Shown here: piece by piece, positions 24,409 to 32,000 of the stretch
How the letters are laid out: the number at the start of each line of letters is the position of its first letter
Position numbering within the stretch: position 1 is the first letter of the stretch
Origin: Erysipelothrix larvae
GTDB lineage: Bacteria; Bacillota_I; Bacilli_A; Erysipelotrichales; Erysipelotrichaceae
Reading direction: 5' to 3'
DNA length: 32,000 nt
Assembly (NCBI RefSeq): GCF_001545095.1
Contig: NZ_CP013213.1
Location: forward strand, 2,430,001 to 2,462,000
Notes under the pieces: model-generated
Seen by the model: the letters and a program-made list of their open reading frames with translations, nothing else
Database searches by the model: none
What the model was told of the DNA's origin: nothing
Made by a program: the position numbers and the translations under genes

Positions 24409-25384
24409 AGATATTATCTCCATTAAAGATTGAGTTCTTCACAATTACATAATCAACTTTACGAATTGCTTCTAGATCGTTTCCACCTGCATAAGAGATT
24501 GATGATTGAAGGTCTTGTTGCATTTCAATAAGGGTGTCTTTCACACTGCCTTTATGCGCAATCAAGATTTTCTTACCTTCTACGTTTTTACGTTCACCTT
24601 TTTGATATTCTGATGCACTTCCAAAGTATTCCTTGAACTTCGCGCCATCAATTTCAATGGTTTCTCCAGGTGATTCTTCATGTCCTGCAAACAGTGAACC
24701 AATCATACACAATGTTGCACCAAAGCGTAATGATTTGGCGATATCTCCGTGATTACGAATGCCTCCATCCGCAATAATTGGTTTACGCGCAGCTTTTGAG
24801 CACCAGTTCAACGCAGCCAACTGCCACCCACCTGTACCAAATCCTGTTTTTAATTTTGTGATACATACTTTCCCAGGGCCAATTCCCAATTTAGTTGCAT
24901 CAGCACCTGCATTTTCAAGTTCACGAACTGCTTCAGGTGTTCCCACATTTCCTGCAATCACAAACGCCTCTGGTAAATGTTTTTTGATATGTTGAATCAT
25001 ATCAATTACACTTTGTGAGTATCCATGGGCAATATCAATTGTGATGTACTCTGGTACATTCTTATCTTTGCTTAGTTTTTCAATAAAATCATATTCTTCT
25101 TTTTTTACACCAACACTTATTGATGCATAAAGGCCTTTATCATGCATCATCTTAATGAAGTCGTAACGACGTGCTTCATTGAATCGGTGCATAATATAAA
25201 AGTAATCATTCTCAGCCAACCAGATTGATAATGATTCATCAACAATCGTTTGCATATTCGCTGGAACTACCGGTAGTTTAAAGGTTCGTCCACCGAATTC
25301 TACCGATGTATCACACTCAGATCTACTGTTAACGATACACTTATTTGGAATTAACTGAATATCTTCATAATCAAATATTTTCAT
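24407..25384 (-). CDS. guaC: GMP reductase
   Basis: [18 protein letters not shown]... N-terminus and the IMPDH/GMPR barrel motifs [11 protein letters not shown] and [15 protein letters not shown], with no CBS insertion. RBS aggagg. Confidence 0.9.
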   Translation of the reverse strand: MKIFDYEDIQLIPNKCIVNSRSECDTSVEFGGRTFKLPVVPANMQTIVDESLSIWLAENDYFYIMHRFNEARRYDFIKMMHDKGLYASISVGVKKEEYDFIEKLSKDKNVPEYITIDIAHGYSQSVIDMIQHIKKHLPEAFVIAGNVGTPEAVRELENAGADATKLGIGPGKVCITKLKTGFGTGGWQLAALNWCSKAARKPIIADGGIRNHGDIAKSLRFGATLCMIGSLFAGHEESPGETIEIDGAKFKEYFGSASEYQKGERKNVEGKKILIAHKGSVKDTLIEMQQDLQSSISYAGGNDLEAIRKVDYVIVKNSIFNGDNI

Positions 25385-25452
25385 AAGAACCTCCTAAGCC
25401 CAAATTACTATAAACAATATCATTGGGTTTGTCAAAGCATATTCTTTATATT

Positions 25453-26295
25453 TCATGTTCTTGACATATATTCTTGATAAATCACATTTTTTGATAGACC
25501 TTTTTCTTTCGCAACCGCTGCGATAGCTCGTGATGGCGAAAGCCCTTCAGCGATTTTCTGATCCACTAATTCAAGATAATTCTCTTCAGTTACCTGGATA
25601 TCGCTTTGTCCCTCAATCACTAAGACAAACTCTCCTTTGAGTGTATCCAGTGCTTCGATAACCTCGCTAATTGTTCCACGTAAAAATGATTCATAGCGTT
25701 TGGTGAGTTCACGGGCCAAACAGATGTTTCGATCACCCAATACGTCTCTAACAAGGGCTAATGATTTCTCTACCCGATGTACCGACACATAGAAAATTAG
25801 GGTTTCTTGACGATCTTTTAGCGCATTCAGTTGATTGCGCATTGCTTGGTCTTTATGCTCTAAAAATCCACAAAATGTAAAGGGCATTGTATCCAGTCCT
25901 GATGCAACAAGGGCATTTAAAAACGCACTACTTCCAGAAATAGGTACAACAGGATATCCTGCTTGGGTCACAGTGTCCACTAGAATATAGCCTGGATCAC
26001 TGATAAGGGGATATCCAGCATCACTGATTAGCGCAACTGATTTCCCTTCACTCAAAAGTGAAAGAATACCTTCTGCACTTGAACGCTCGTTGTGTTTATG
26101 ATAACTTATCTTCTTTGTTTCGATGCCAAAGTGTGCCAATAACGGCCCGCTTGTTCGTGTGTCTTCACATGCAATAACATCAACATCTTTCAACACTGCA
26201 ATTGCACGCGGGGTCATTTCATCACGATTTCCAATAGGTGTTGCGACAACATATAAGGTAGGGGTTGTTTCATCAAAACTTCTTTGAAGTATCAT
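25453..26295 (-). CDS. rsmI: 16S rRNA (cytidine1402-2'-O)-methyltransferase RsmI
   Basis: LYVVATPIGNRDEMTPRA...DVIACEDTR is a tetrapyrrole-methylase-fold RsmI signature. 4-nt overlap with holB. Confidence 0.9.
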   Translation of the reverse strand: MILQRSFDETTPTLYVVATPIGNRDEMTPRAIAVLKDVDVIACEDTRTSGPLLAHFGIETKKISYHKHNERSSAEGILSLLSEGKSVALISDAGYPLISDPGYILVDTVTQAGYPVVPISGSSAFLNALVASGLDTMPFTFCGFLEHKDQAMRNQLNALKDRQETLIFYVSVHRVEKSLALVRDVLGDRNICLARELTKRYESFLRGTISEVIEALDTLKGEFVLVIEGQSDIQVTEENYLELVDQKIAEGLSPSRAIAAVAKEKGLSKNVIYQEYMSRT

Positions 26296-27191
26296 AGATT
26301 GTCCTCCCTTATGAGTTCGTATGCAAATTGATCCATTAACATACTACTGATAACACCTGGTTGGATGCGGTCTTGAATCGCTAAGGATGCCTTGAGTACC
26401 GGCAAGAACTTTACGTCTTTATGTTTGAATTCATTGTAGTATGCAATGTGCATAAGACATAACCAATTGATGCTCTTTAGGTCCATTTTCTTTTCTTTAC
26501 ACGCTACTTGCAACAAAATACCAGCAACTTCCATTTCTCTTTTTTCATAATGTAATGAGAGTTGTTCCATCAAGTCAAGCAGTTGGATAAATTGTGTACT
26601 CTCACCAATCTTCAGTGCCTCATCCTTGTTTTCTGCAATGTAGGATAGATAGATGGACTCTCTTTTTGGAAACCCTGCATCCTGGATTGCACTCACAAGT
26701 GATCGTCGAAGTAATGGTTTTAAATGTACCAACAAGCAACGGCTTTGTACTGTTTCCAATACTTTATTTACATTTTGTGTTGTTAGAATTGCGGTAATGT
26801 CTGACTCGGGTTCTTCTAAGAATTTAAGAAGACTGTTAAGTGCCGATGGAGATGCTTGATCAACATCGTGTATGATGTAGATTTTCTTTGAATTGGATTC
26901 AAAAGCAGTCTGCGCCATCACTTCTTTGAGATCTAAGATTTCATCCTTTTTAATTGAGGTTTCTTTCCCACTGATGATGTGTAAATCAGCATACTCATTG
27001 TGATCAATACGCTGACATATCACGCAATTGTCTTCTCCGCCTTGGGGGCAGAAAATACGTTTGGCCATCGCAAGGGCTACTTCATAGGTATCGTTTTTTC
27101 CGATTAACATATACGCATGGGATACACGGTCCAACTTTATTTGCCGATCGAAAAAGGACAGGAATTGGTGTTGGCGTTCAAGGCCAGTCAT
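26292..27191 (-). CDS. holB: DNA polymerase III subunit delta'
   Basis: SHAYMLIG, zinc module C..C.C, NSLLKFLEEP and VQSRC motifs. 4-nt overlap with tmk. Confidence 0.85.
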   Translation of the reverse strand: MTGLERQHQFLSFFDRQIKLDRVSHAYMLIGKNDTYEVALAMAKRIFCPQGGEDNCVICQRIDHNEYADLHIISGKETSIKKDEILDLKEVMAQTAFESNSKKIYIIHDVDQASPSALNSLLKFLEEPESDITAILTTQNVNKVLETVQSRCLLVHLKPLLRRSLVSAIQDAGFPKRESIYLSYIAENKDEALKIGESTQFIQLLDLMEQLSLHYEKREMEVAGILLQVACKEKKMDLKSINWLCLMHIAYYNEFKHKDVKFLPVLKASLAIQDRIQPGVISSMLMDQFAYELIREDNL

Positions 27192-27808
27192 AGTCCAAAT
27201 CTTCCTTCAAGCACATCGATAATATCGTGAACTACTTTCCCAGGTGACTGGGTTGCATCAATCACAACGATTCGCTCTGGATTATTTTTGATGATTTCTT
27301 GGTATCCTTCATAGACACGTTTATGAAAAGCATCCCCTGCGAGCTCTAATCGATCTTCTGCAGCACGTTTCCCAACACGTTTTAAGCCTTCCTCAGGACT
27401 AATATCTAAAAAGAATGTAACATCTGGCATATGGTGTTCAATCGCAAATAAATTGATGCTTAAAACAGCCTCCATGCCAATACCGCGACCAACACCTTGA
27501 TATGCTAAAGAACTATCCACAAATCGCTCACACCATACAACTTTATCTTCTTTTAAAGCGGGTAATATCTTTTCAATTAAATGTTGGCGTCTGCTTGCTG
27601 CATAGAGCAATGCTTCAGTTCGATCATCCATCGTATCATGTTCAACATCCAATATTATTTCTCTAATTTTTTCTGAAATACCAATCCCACCTGGCTCACG
27701 CGTCAGTACAAAAGGGATTTGTTTTGATTTAAAGTATGATTCTATATTTTTTGTAACGGTAGTTTTTCCACTACCATCAGGACCTTCTAATGTAATAAAT
27801 AAACTCAT
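27188..27808 (-). CDS. tmk: thymidylate kinase
   Basis: P-loop ITLEGPDGSGKTT, TREPGG and the DRFVDSSLAYQG-like motif. Confidence 0.95.
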   Translation of the reverse strand: MSLFITLEGPDGSGKTTVTKNIESYFKSKQIPFVLTREPGGIGISEKIREIILDVEHDTMDDRTEALLYAASRRQHLIEKILPALKEDKVVWCERFVDSSLAYQGVGRGIGMEAVLSINLFAIEHHMPDVTFFLDISPEEGLKRVGKRAAEDRLELAGDAFHKRVYEGYQEIIKNNPERIVVIDATQSPGKVVHDIIDVLEGRFGL

Positions 27809-27906
27809 ATCAGCACTCCTTCATCAACCATTATACCATGATAAAACCCGTGCAAATAGTGATTGTGTTTTTCTTTATCGATAACTCCACGGAATCAACA
27901 TGTACC

Positions 27907-27933
27907 CAAAGAAAAAAGGATATTTGTATCCTT
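27907..27933 (-). terminator. terminator after the VOC-family gene
   Basis: aaggata-tttg-tatcctt (27916-27933). On the minus strand UUUUUCUUU follows. Confidence 0.6.
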
Positions 27934-27943
27934 CTTCACGTCA

Positions 27944-28327
27944 TTACTCGGTTATTTCGATTTGATGTCCTTCAAAGCCAACAATGCAACTTTCATAATA
28001 TCCATCACCCGTTGTACGCGGTCCAGAAATCACTTGGTATCCTTCATTTTGCAGTTGTTTTGTCAGTGTATCTACTTTTTCTTTTGAACCCACACTAAAT
28101 GCGAGATGAGTATACCCCGTTTCATAGGGTGCTGGTTCTCTAACAATCAGGTGAGGGCGGGTCATTATTTCAAGTCTTGCGCCATCTTCAAACGTAATGA
28201 AGTAAGTTTTAAGTCCGGTTGATTTATTGTGATAGAGTTCATTTGATGTACCTTCAAAATAGGTCTCAAAGAAATTCTTTGCACGTTCAAGATCCTCAAC
28301 ATAGATTGCGACATGTTCAAGTTTCAT
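27944..28327 (-). CDS. VOC (glyoxalase/bleomycin-resistance/dioxygenase) family protein
   Basis: MKLEHVAIYVEDLERAKNFF...THLAFSV...GYYESCIVGFEGHQIEI is a paired beta-alpha-beta-beta-beta VOC pattern. ATG 28327 lies 6 nt after ggagga. Confidence 0.8.
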   Translation of the reverse strand: MKLEHVAIYVEDLERAKNFFETYFEGTSNELYHNKSTGLKTYFITFEDGARLEIMTRPHLIVREPAPYETGYTHLAFSVGSKEKVDTLTKQLQNEGYQVISGPRTTGDGYYESCIVGFEGHQIEITE

Positions 28328-28376
28328 GTGAAATCCTCCAATCAATTATTATTATATCCCAAATTTGATTTCGATA

Positions 28377-28877
28377 TCATGATTTCACTGATTTTGTGGC
28401 ATTATTTTGATCACTGATTTTTTTGTGACCAAGATGTACTCCAATATGACCGACTCCCAGGATTGTAATTGATATGATCATAGCGATTGAACATCCGTAT
28501 ACTCCAAGAAGGAAAAACGCAATAACAGGTAGCGTCGCACCTGCAACTGGAACACCAAAGTAGCTACTGTAGAAATCCTGCAGTGTATGCTCACTTTTAA
28601 AATATCGAATCCACCATGATTCATACATACACATCACAAAAAAAGCAACAAATAACCAAATGGTCCATAGATCAATTGATGTTATGTTAAAGCTGGGGGT
28701 CAAAAGGGCAAGTGTAGTCACGAGGACTTGTCCGAATCGTTCACAAAATACAAGCCATTTATTCTCTTGGTTTGGATTATAGTTTTTAGGTTGGTTTTGA
28801 GTCCAAAGCAAATTGGGTATTGTGAGCATTAGAATAAAGAGCAATCCAATATAGGAAAAACCCAGTGAATCAAACAT
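28377..28877 (-). CDS. polytopic membrane protein, unknown function
   Basis: 166 aa with about five hydrophobic segments. Probably co-transcribed with the VOC gene. Confidence 0.6.
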   Translation of the reverse strand: MFDSLGFSYIGLLFILMLTIPNLLWTQNQPKNYNPNQENKWLVFCERFGQVLVTTLALLTPSFNITSIDLWTIWLFVAFFVMCMYESWWIRYFKSEHTLQDFYSSYFGVPVAGATLPVIAFFLLGVYGCSIAMIISITILGVGHIGVHLGHKKISDQNNATKSVKS

Positions 28878-28900
28878 ATTTTTGGTCCTCTTTTTACGTG

Positions 28901-28921
28901 TTTATAATCTGAAAACGACCC
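28901..28921 (-). terminator. weak terminator after divIC/ftsB
   Basis: cgaccc-ctta-gggtcg stem (28906-28921), with UUUU following on the minus strand. Confidence 0.4.
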
Positions 28922-28940
28922 CTTAGGGTCGCCTCATTTC

Positions 28941-29261
28941 TTATTCATCTGCTTTTGGCAATACAAAGATTTGTTCTTCTGATTTTGACATCAAATGAAC
29001 ACCGCGTGCAAAGTTTTGAACATAGTCAGGGTTTGATAGTTTATCTTTAGTTGCTTCAAGCGCAGCTTGTTTTTCTTCAAGTTCTGATAACTCTTGTTGA
29101 ACTGTTTGCAACGTTTGGGATGATTCGTAATAACGGAACCACTCTTTCGCTGAGTTAAAGATAAGCACCCCAGAAACAAATACGATTGCGAGAGCAACTA
29201 CTCCGCCAATTGCACGATTTACTGAAAATTTTCGTTTTTGTCTCAATGTCGTTTGTGTCAT
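28941..29261 (-). CDS. divIC: septum formation initiator family protein (DivIC/FtsB)
   Basis: Basic N-terminus, single TM (AIGGVVALAIVFVSGVLIF), coiled coil (LQTVQQELSELEEKQAALEATKDKL) and NPDYVQNFAR. This is the typical DivIC/FtsB layout. Confidence 0.8.
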   Translation of the reverse strand: MTQTTLRQKRKFSVNRAIGGVVALAIVFVSGVLIFNSAKEWFRYYESSQTLQTVQQELSELEEKQAALEATKDKLSNPDYVQNFARGVHLMSKSEEQIFVLPKADE

Positions 29262-29296
29262 AACTCATCCACTTTCTATCTTGACTTACACCCACT

Positions 29297-29324
29297 ATTA
29301 TACTGACAATCCATTTAAAATCAA
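29297..29324 (-). promoter_or_regulatory. candidate sigma-A promoter for divIC
   Basis: Minus strand: TTGATT (29324-29319), 16 nt, TATAAT (29302-29297), about 35 nt upstream of the start codon. Confidence 0.5.
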
Positions 29325-29384
29325 GGGTTGTTAGTTTCTTTCATCGCTTTCAAAGCATTTCACATCATTCTAACACAGTTAAGT

Positions 29385-30521
29385 CTATCCTAAATTTTTA
29401 ACGAATTTTTCAAGAAGATCCAATCCTTTTTCGATGGTTTCCATGTTGTAACAGAAGGAAATTCGTACGTGTTTATCATCACCAAACGGTTTTCCTGGTA
29501 CTAACATGACGCCCCCTTCTTGCGCAGCACGAATACAAAATTCTTTTGATCCCATATTAAATTTCTCAATGGAAGGGAAGATATAAAATGCACCATCTGG
29601 TAGCGCAACATCAAAGCCCATATCAACAAGTCTTTGATATGTATAATCCCGTCTTGCTTTGTATTCTTCAACAATGTCGGTTACATCGAGTTTTAAGGCA
29701 GGTATGATTGCATGTTGAATAAAGCTTGTAACACCAGTCATAACATTGTGATGCCATTTCATAAAGGCTGTAATAAGTTTTGGTGTTGTAGCGACATACC
29801 CAAGACGCCATCCTGTCATTGCATATATTTTCGAAAATGATTGAACCACAATCACTTTATCACGCAAAGCTTCAACTTGAGCGAAGCTGTGATACTCTGT
29901 ATATAAAATTTTACTGTAAATTTCATCAAGGATGATAAATACATCTTTTTCTTTGAGTACTTCTGATAGTGCATTGATTGCTTCTTTTGTATAGACAGTA
30001 CCTGTAGGGTTGTTTGGTGTTGTGAACATAACCGCTTTTGTATTCTCATTAATCACTTCATTTAATCGTTTCGGATCTACCATAAAATCTGTGTCGCTTG
30101 TATCAACTTCAACAAGCTTTGCACCACACATTTCAATAATTGTACGATAGATTGGATAATACGGCATCGGTACAACAACTTCATCCCCTGGGTTTAAAAT
30201 AGAGTTCAAAATACATGCTAAACCTTCTGTCGAACCTTGTGTTATTAAGATATTCTCAGCAGTATAGTGTGTTCCATGTTTTTCGTTTTCATAGTCTGCA
30301 ATTGCTTTTCGTATGTGTTCATACCCTTGTGCTGGAGGGTAATGCGTATCGTTATCTAAGAGGGCTTGAATGGCGGCTTTTTTGATTGAATCATCAGTAT
30401 TGAAGTTAGGTTCCCCAATTGTAAGTTTTACATACTCTGGTTTTTCTTGAACATAACCTGTCAAATCCTTTACGCCGATTACTGTAGCGCTCTCAATCAA
30501 TTTATTCATCGTTTTAGCCAT
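29385..30521 (-). CDS. pyridoxal-phosphate-dependent aminotransferase, class I/II
   Basis: PLP-lysine motif SFSKIYAMTGWRLGY, plus NPTG. Start at ATG 30521 (MAKTMNKL), 8 nt after aaaagagga; the track start is an upstream TTG lying inside a TATAAT element. Confidence 0.85.
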   Translation of the reverse strand: MAKTMNKLIESATVIGVKDLTGYVQEKPEYVKLTIGEPNFNTDDSIKKAAIQALLDNDTHYPPAQGYEHIRKAIADYENEKHGTHYTAENILITQGSTEGLACILNSILNPGDEVVVPMPYYPIYRTIIEMCGAKLVEVDTSDTDFMVDPKRLNEVINENTKAVMFTTPNNPTGTVYTKEAINALSEVLKEKDVFIILDEIYSKILYTEYHSFAQVEALRDKVIVVQSFSKIYAMTGWRLGYVATTPKLITAFMKWHHNVMTGVTSFIQHAIIPALKLDVTDIVEEYKARRDYTYQRLVDMGFDVALPDGAFYIFPSIEKFNMGSKEFCIRAAQEGGVMLVPGKPFGDDKHVRISFCYNMETIEKGLDLLEKFVKNLG

Positions 30522-30586
30522 TTCAAATGTCCTCTTTTCTATTTTGTTATTATACACCAAAAAGCAGTAAAGCGTTTATAAAATTT

Positions 30587-30672
30587 GGTGTAACACAGGT
30601 ATAAAAACCACTTATATCTATAAAAAAATTATTCTCAACGCGTGTCTGTTTTATCTCTTTCACTGTGTTACA
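30587..30672. repeat. 10-bp perfect inverted repeat pair upstream of the aminotransferase gene
   Basis: TGTAACACAG (30589-30598) and CTGTGTTACA (30663-30672) are exact reverse complements 64 nt apart. The left copy is itself the dyad GTGT-A-ACAC and lies ~35 nt upstream of the minus-strand TATAAT (30554-30549). Confidence 0.45.
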
Positions 30673-30738
30673 TCATAAAATAATCTATGGACACCTTGTA
30701 TCAATTTATGAACACCCTACCTAGCATCGTTTCTCATA

Positions 30739-31740
30739 TTATCGTTTCACTTTAATGCTGTGAATCCGCTCTTCAATCGCAGTAAGAGAAGTACGCGTTA
30801 GCATGTATTCAAAATGAATAATCTTCCCGCCATTAAGAATGAATTCATGGTTTCTTTGTTGAAATGCCGGATTGGTATACAATGGTGATTCATTGAAGTT
30901 AATAATCGCATTGACCCCATTAAGGCTGTGATTCTTGGGATTGTAATCATGTTCATAATAGGCATAGATATTTTCGAATTTAAAGCCTAAGTTTGTAAGT
31001 GTATCAATGACGAGTTGTTTGAATACGTCTGTACGATATATTACTGTGATTCGTGAATATTTTGGTAAAGAACTCAAAAGCTTTAGAGTCGAGTTTGTTG
31101 GTACAATGTTTGCACGAAGGATTTTGTGATTATGTTCAGGGATTATTTCTACCAGTTGATCATAATCAATGATTGTTGCAATAATTAAATCATATGTCAT
31201 CAATAAATCGCTTGGGTTTTTGCTAATTTGTATGCTATTAAGTGTCATAAAAGACAAGGTAAAAAGATAAAAAGTCTTTTGCGTTAAATACGACAACTCT
31301 GATTCAAGTTTCGATAAGATTAAGTGATTATTTGAAACAATGAGAATATTGATGTTCTCCAGTGACTTTTGGGCACTGATTTTTAGTTTTATAATATTCA
31401 CAATTTCAGTATCTGTAAGCCCCATTTCATATAATTGATCAAAAGCATGATCCATAAGATCCATGGCATGTTTCTTCGTGATATCATTCAGAATTTGTGG
31501 CTGAAAAGACACATAATAGCCATCATTATGTTTCGATTCAACCAAAGACAAATCAACAAGTTGTTGATATGCCTTGCTAATTGTGCCGCGTGCGACACCC
31601 AAAAGAGAAGACAATTGCCTTTCTGATGGCAACTTAACATTATTTTGAATTCGACGTGTAAGGATTGCAGCTTTATAATATGAGACAATCTGTTCGACAA
31701 TACTTAACGGCGAATCTCGGTTAATTTTGAGATTTTCCAT
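30739..31740 (-). CDS. GntR-family transcriptional regulator with a ~260-aa C-terminal domain (YhfZ-like architecture)
   Basis: N-terminal wHTH LPSERQLSSLLGVARGTISKAYQQLVDLSLVESKHNDGYYV. The long C-terminal domain belongs to no family I can name with certainty. RBS aaggggg. Confidence 0.75.
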   Translation of the reverse strand: MENLKINRDSPLSIVEQIVSYYKAAILTRRIQNNVKLPSERQLSSLLGVARGTISKAYQQLVDLSLVESKHNDGYYVSFQPQILNDITKKHAMDLMDHAFDQLYEMGLTDTEIVNIIKLKISAQKSLENINILIVSNNHLILSKLESELSYLTQKTFYLFTLSFMTLNSIQISKNPSDLLMTYDLIIATIIDYDQLVEIIPEHNHKILRANIVPTNSTLKLLSSLPKYSRITVIYRTDVFKQLVIDTLTNLGFKFENIYAYYEHDYNPKNHSLNGVNAIINFNESPLYTNPAFQQRNHEFILNGGKIIHFEYMLTRTSLTAIEERIHSIKVKR

Positions 31741-31800
31741 AAGCCCCCTTTAGTCCAACGCTTTTTATTTATAGTCCAATTTAAATCTTTCGCAAACACT

Positions 31801-31825
31801 ATTGGTATATTCATTATATACCAAT
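31801..31825. promoter_or_regulatory. 10-bp perfect palindrome in the divergent intergenic region
   Basis: ATTGGTATAT-tcatt-ATATACCAAT. Confidence 0.45.
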
Positions 31826-31857
31826 CCCGCTATTTTTTTTAGTTTTATCGATGCGTA

Positions 31858-31885
31858 TTGCACAATAAAGTTCTAGACATATAAT
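31858..31885 (+). promoter_or_regulatory. candidate sigma-A promoter reading out of the window
   Basis: TTGCAC (31858-31863), 16 nt, TATAAT (31880-31885). Confidence 0.5.
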
Positions 31886-31922
31886 AAAGCTATAAACACA
31901 GGGGGACACCGTTAGTTATAAA

Positions 31923-31987
31923 TGACACATATGTCACGTGTTCTTTTGTGAGCAGTCAAAAGAAAGGAGAAGTGACATATTTGTCAC
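31923..31987 (+). repeat. two copies of a TGACA-N4-TGTCAC dyad downstream of the promoter
   Basis: TGACAcataTGTCAC (31923-31937) and TGACAtattTGTCAC (31973-31987). The second lies between aaaggag (31964-31969) and the only usable ATG (31992). Confidence 0.5.
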
Positions 31988-32000
31988 GCGTATGATTCAT

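Noticed and set aside
30589-30598. GTGTAACA as a parS half-site
   Set aside because: Only one half (GTGNAACA) is present at each location, with no adjoining TGTTNCAC half. Its position next to a GntR regulator gene favours an operator interpretation.
1-32000. Scan for tRNA/rRNA genes, CRISPR arrays, riboswitches, integrases, restriction-modification or known defence-system genes
   Set aside because: Nothing convincing was found by eye. The intergenic regions are short and explained by promoters and terminators, apart from the IS fossil. A covariance-model scan (Infernal/Rfam, tRNAscan-SE) would be the decisive check.

Overview
AT-rich Bacillota-type chromosomal segment; the gene content resembles Erysipelotrichia or other low-GC Firmicutes, but that is a guess from gene content only. 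Most of the window is origin-proximal housekeeping. A long, tightly packed minus-strand operon runs mnmG, Gfo/Idh/MocA oxidoreductase, rsmG, noc, parA(soj), parB(spo0J), a Cys-free mini-sirtuin, rpiA. Also present: tmk-holB-rsmI, guaC, metG, darA, an ndk-like gene, divIC/ftsB, a class I/II aminotransferase and the 3' part of mvaS. Accessory content: a YtrA-type GntR + ABC ATPase + 692-aa permease operon; an intramembrane-sensing two-component system facing a divergent cluster (permuted papain-like protein, small membrane proteins, one decayed paralogue); a membrane-anchored MerR regulator; a Fur-family regulator; a UDG-superfamily gene; a YhfZ-like GntR regulator surrounded by several palindromic or repeated sites; and a decayed IS1634/IS4-like transposase remnant. 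I see no rRNA, tRNA, CRISPR array, intact mobile element or recognisable defence island. The most unusual observation is an otherwise intact thioredoxin-type arsC whose only defect is an in-frame TGA where homologues, as I recall them, have a conserved Cys codon. This is either selenocysteine recoding or a very recent nonsense mutation. Other leads: the two-component system plus papain-like/membrane cluster, the zinc-module-less sirtuin translationally coupled to rpiA at the end of the par operon, an oxidoreductase wedged between mnmG and rsmG, a Noc lacking the N-terminal extension together with a near-consensus Noc-binding site inside ndk, and an unannotated 58-aa wHTH sORF. All functional calls rest on motif recognition by eye; no database search was run.
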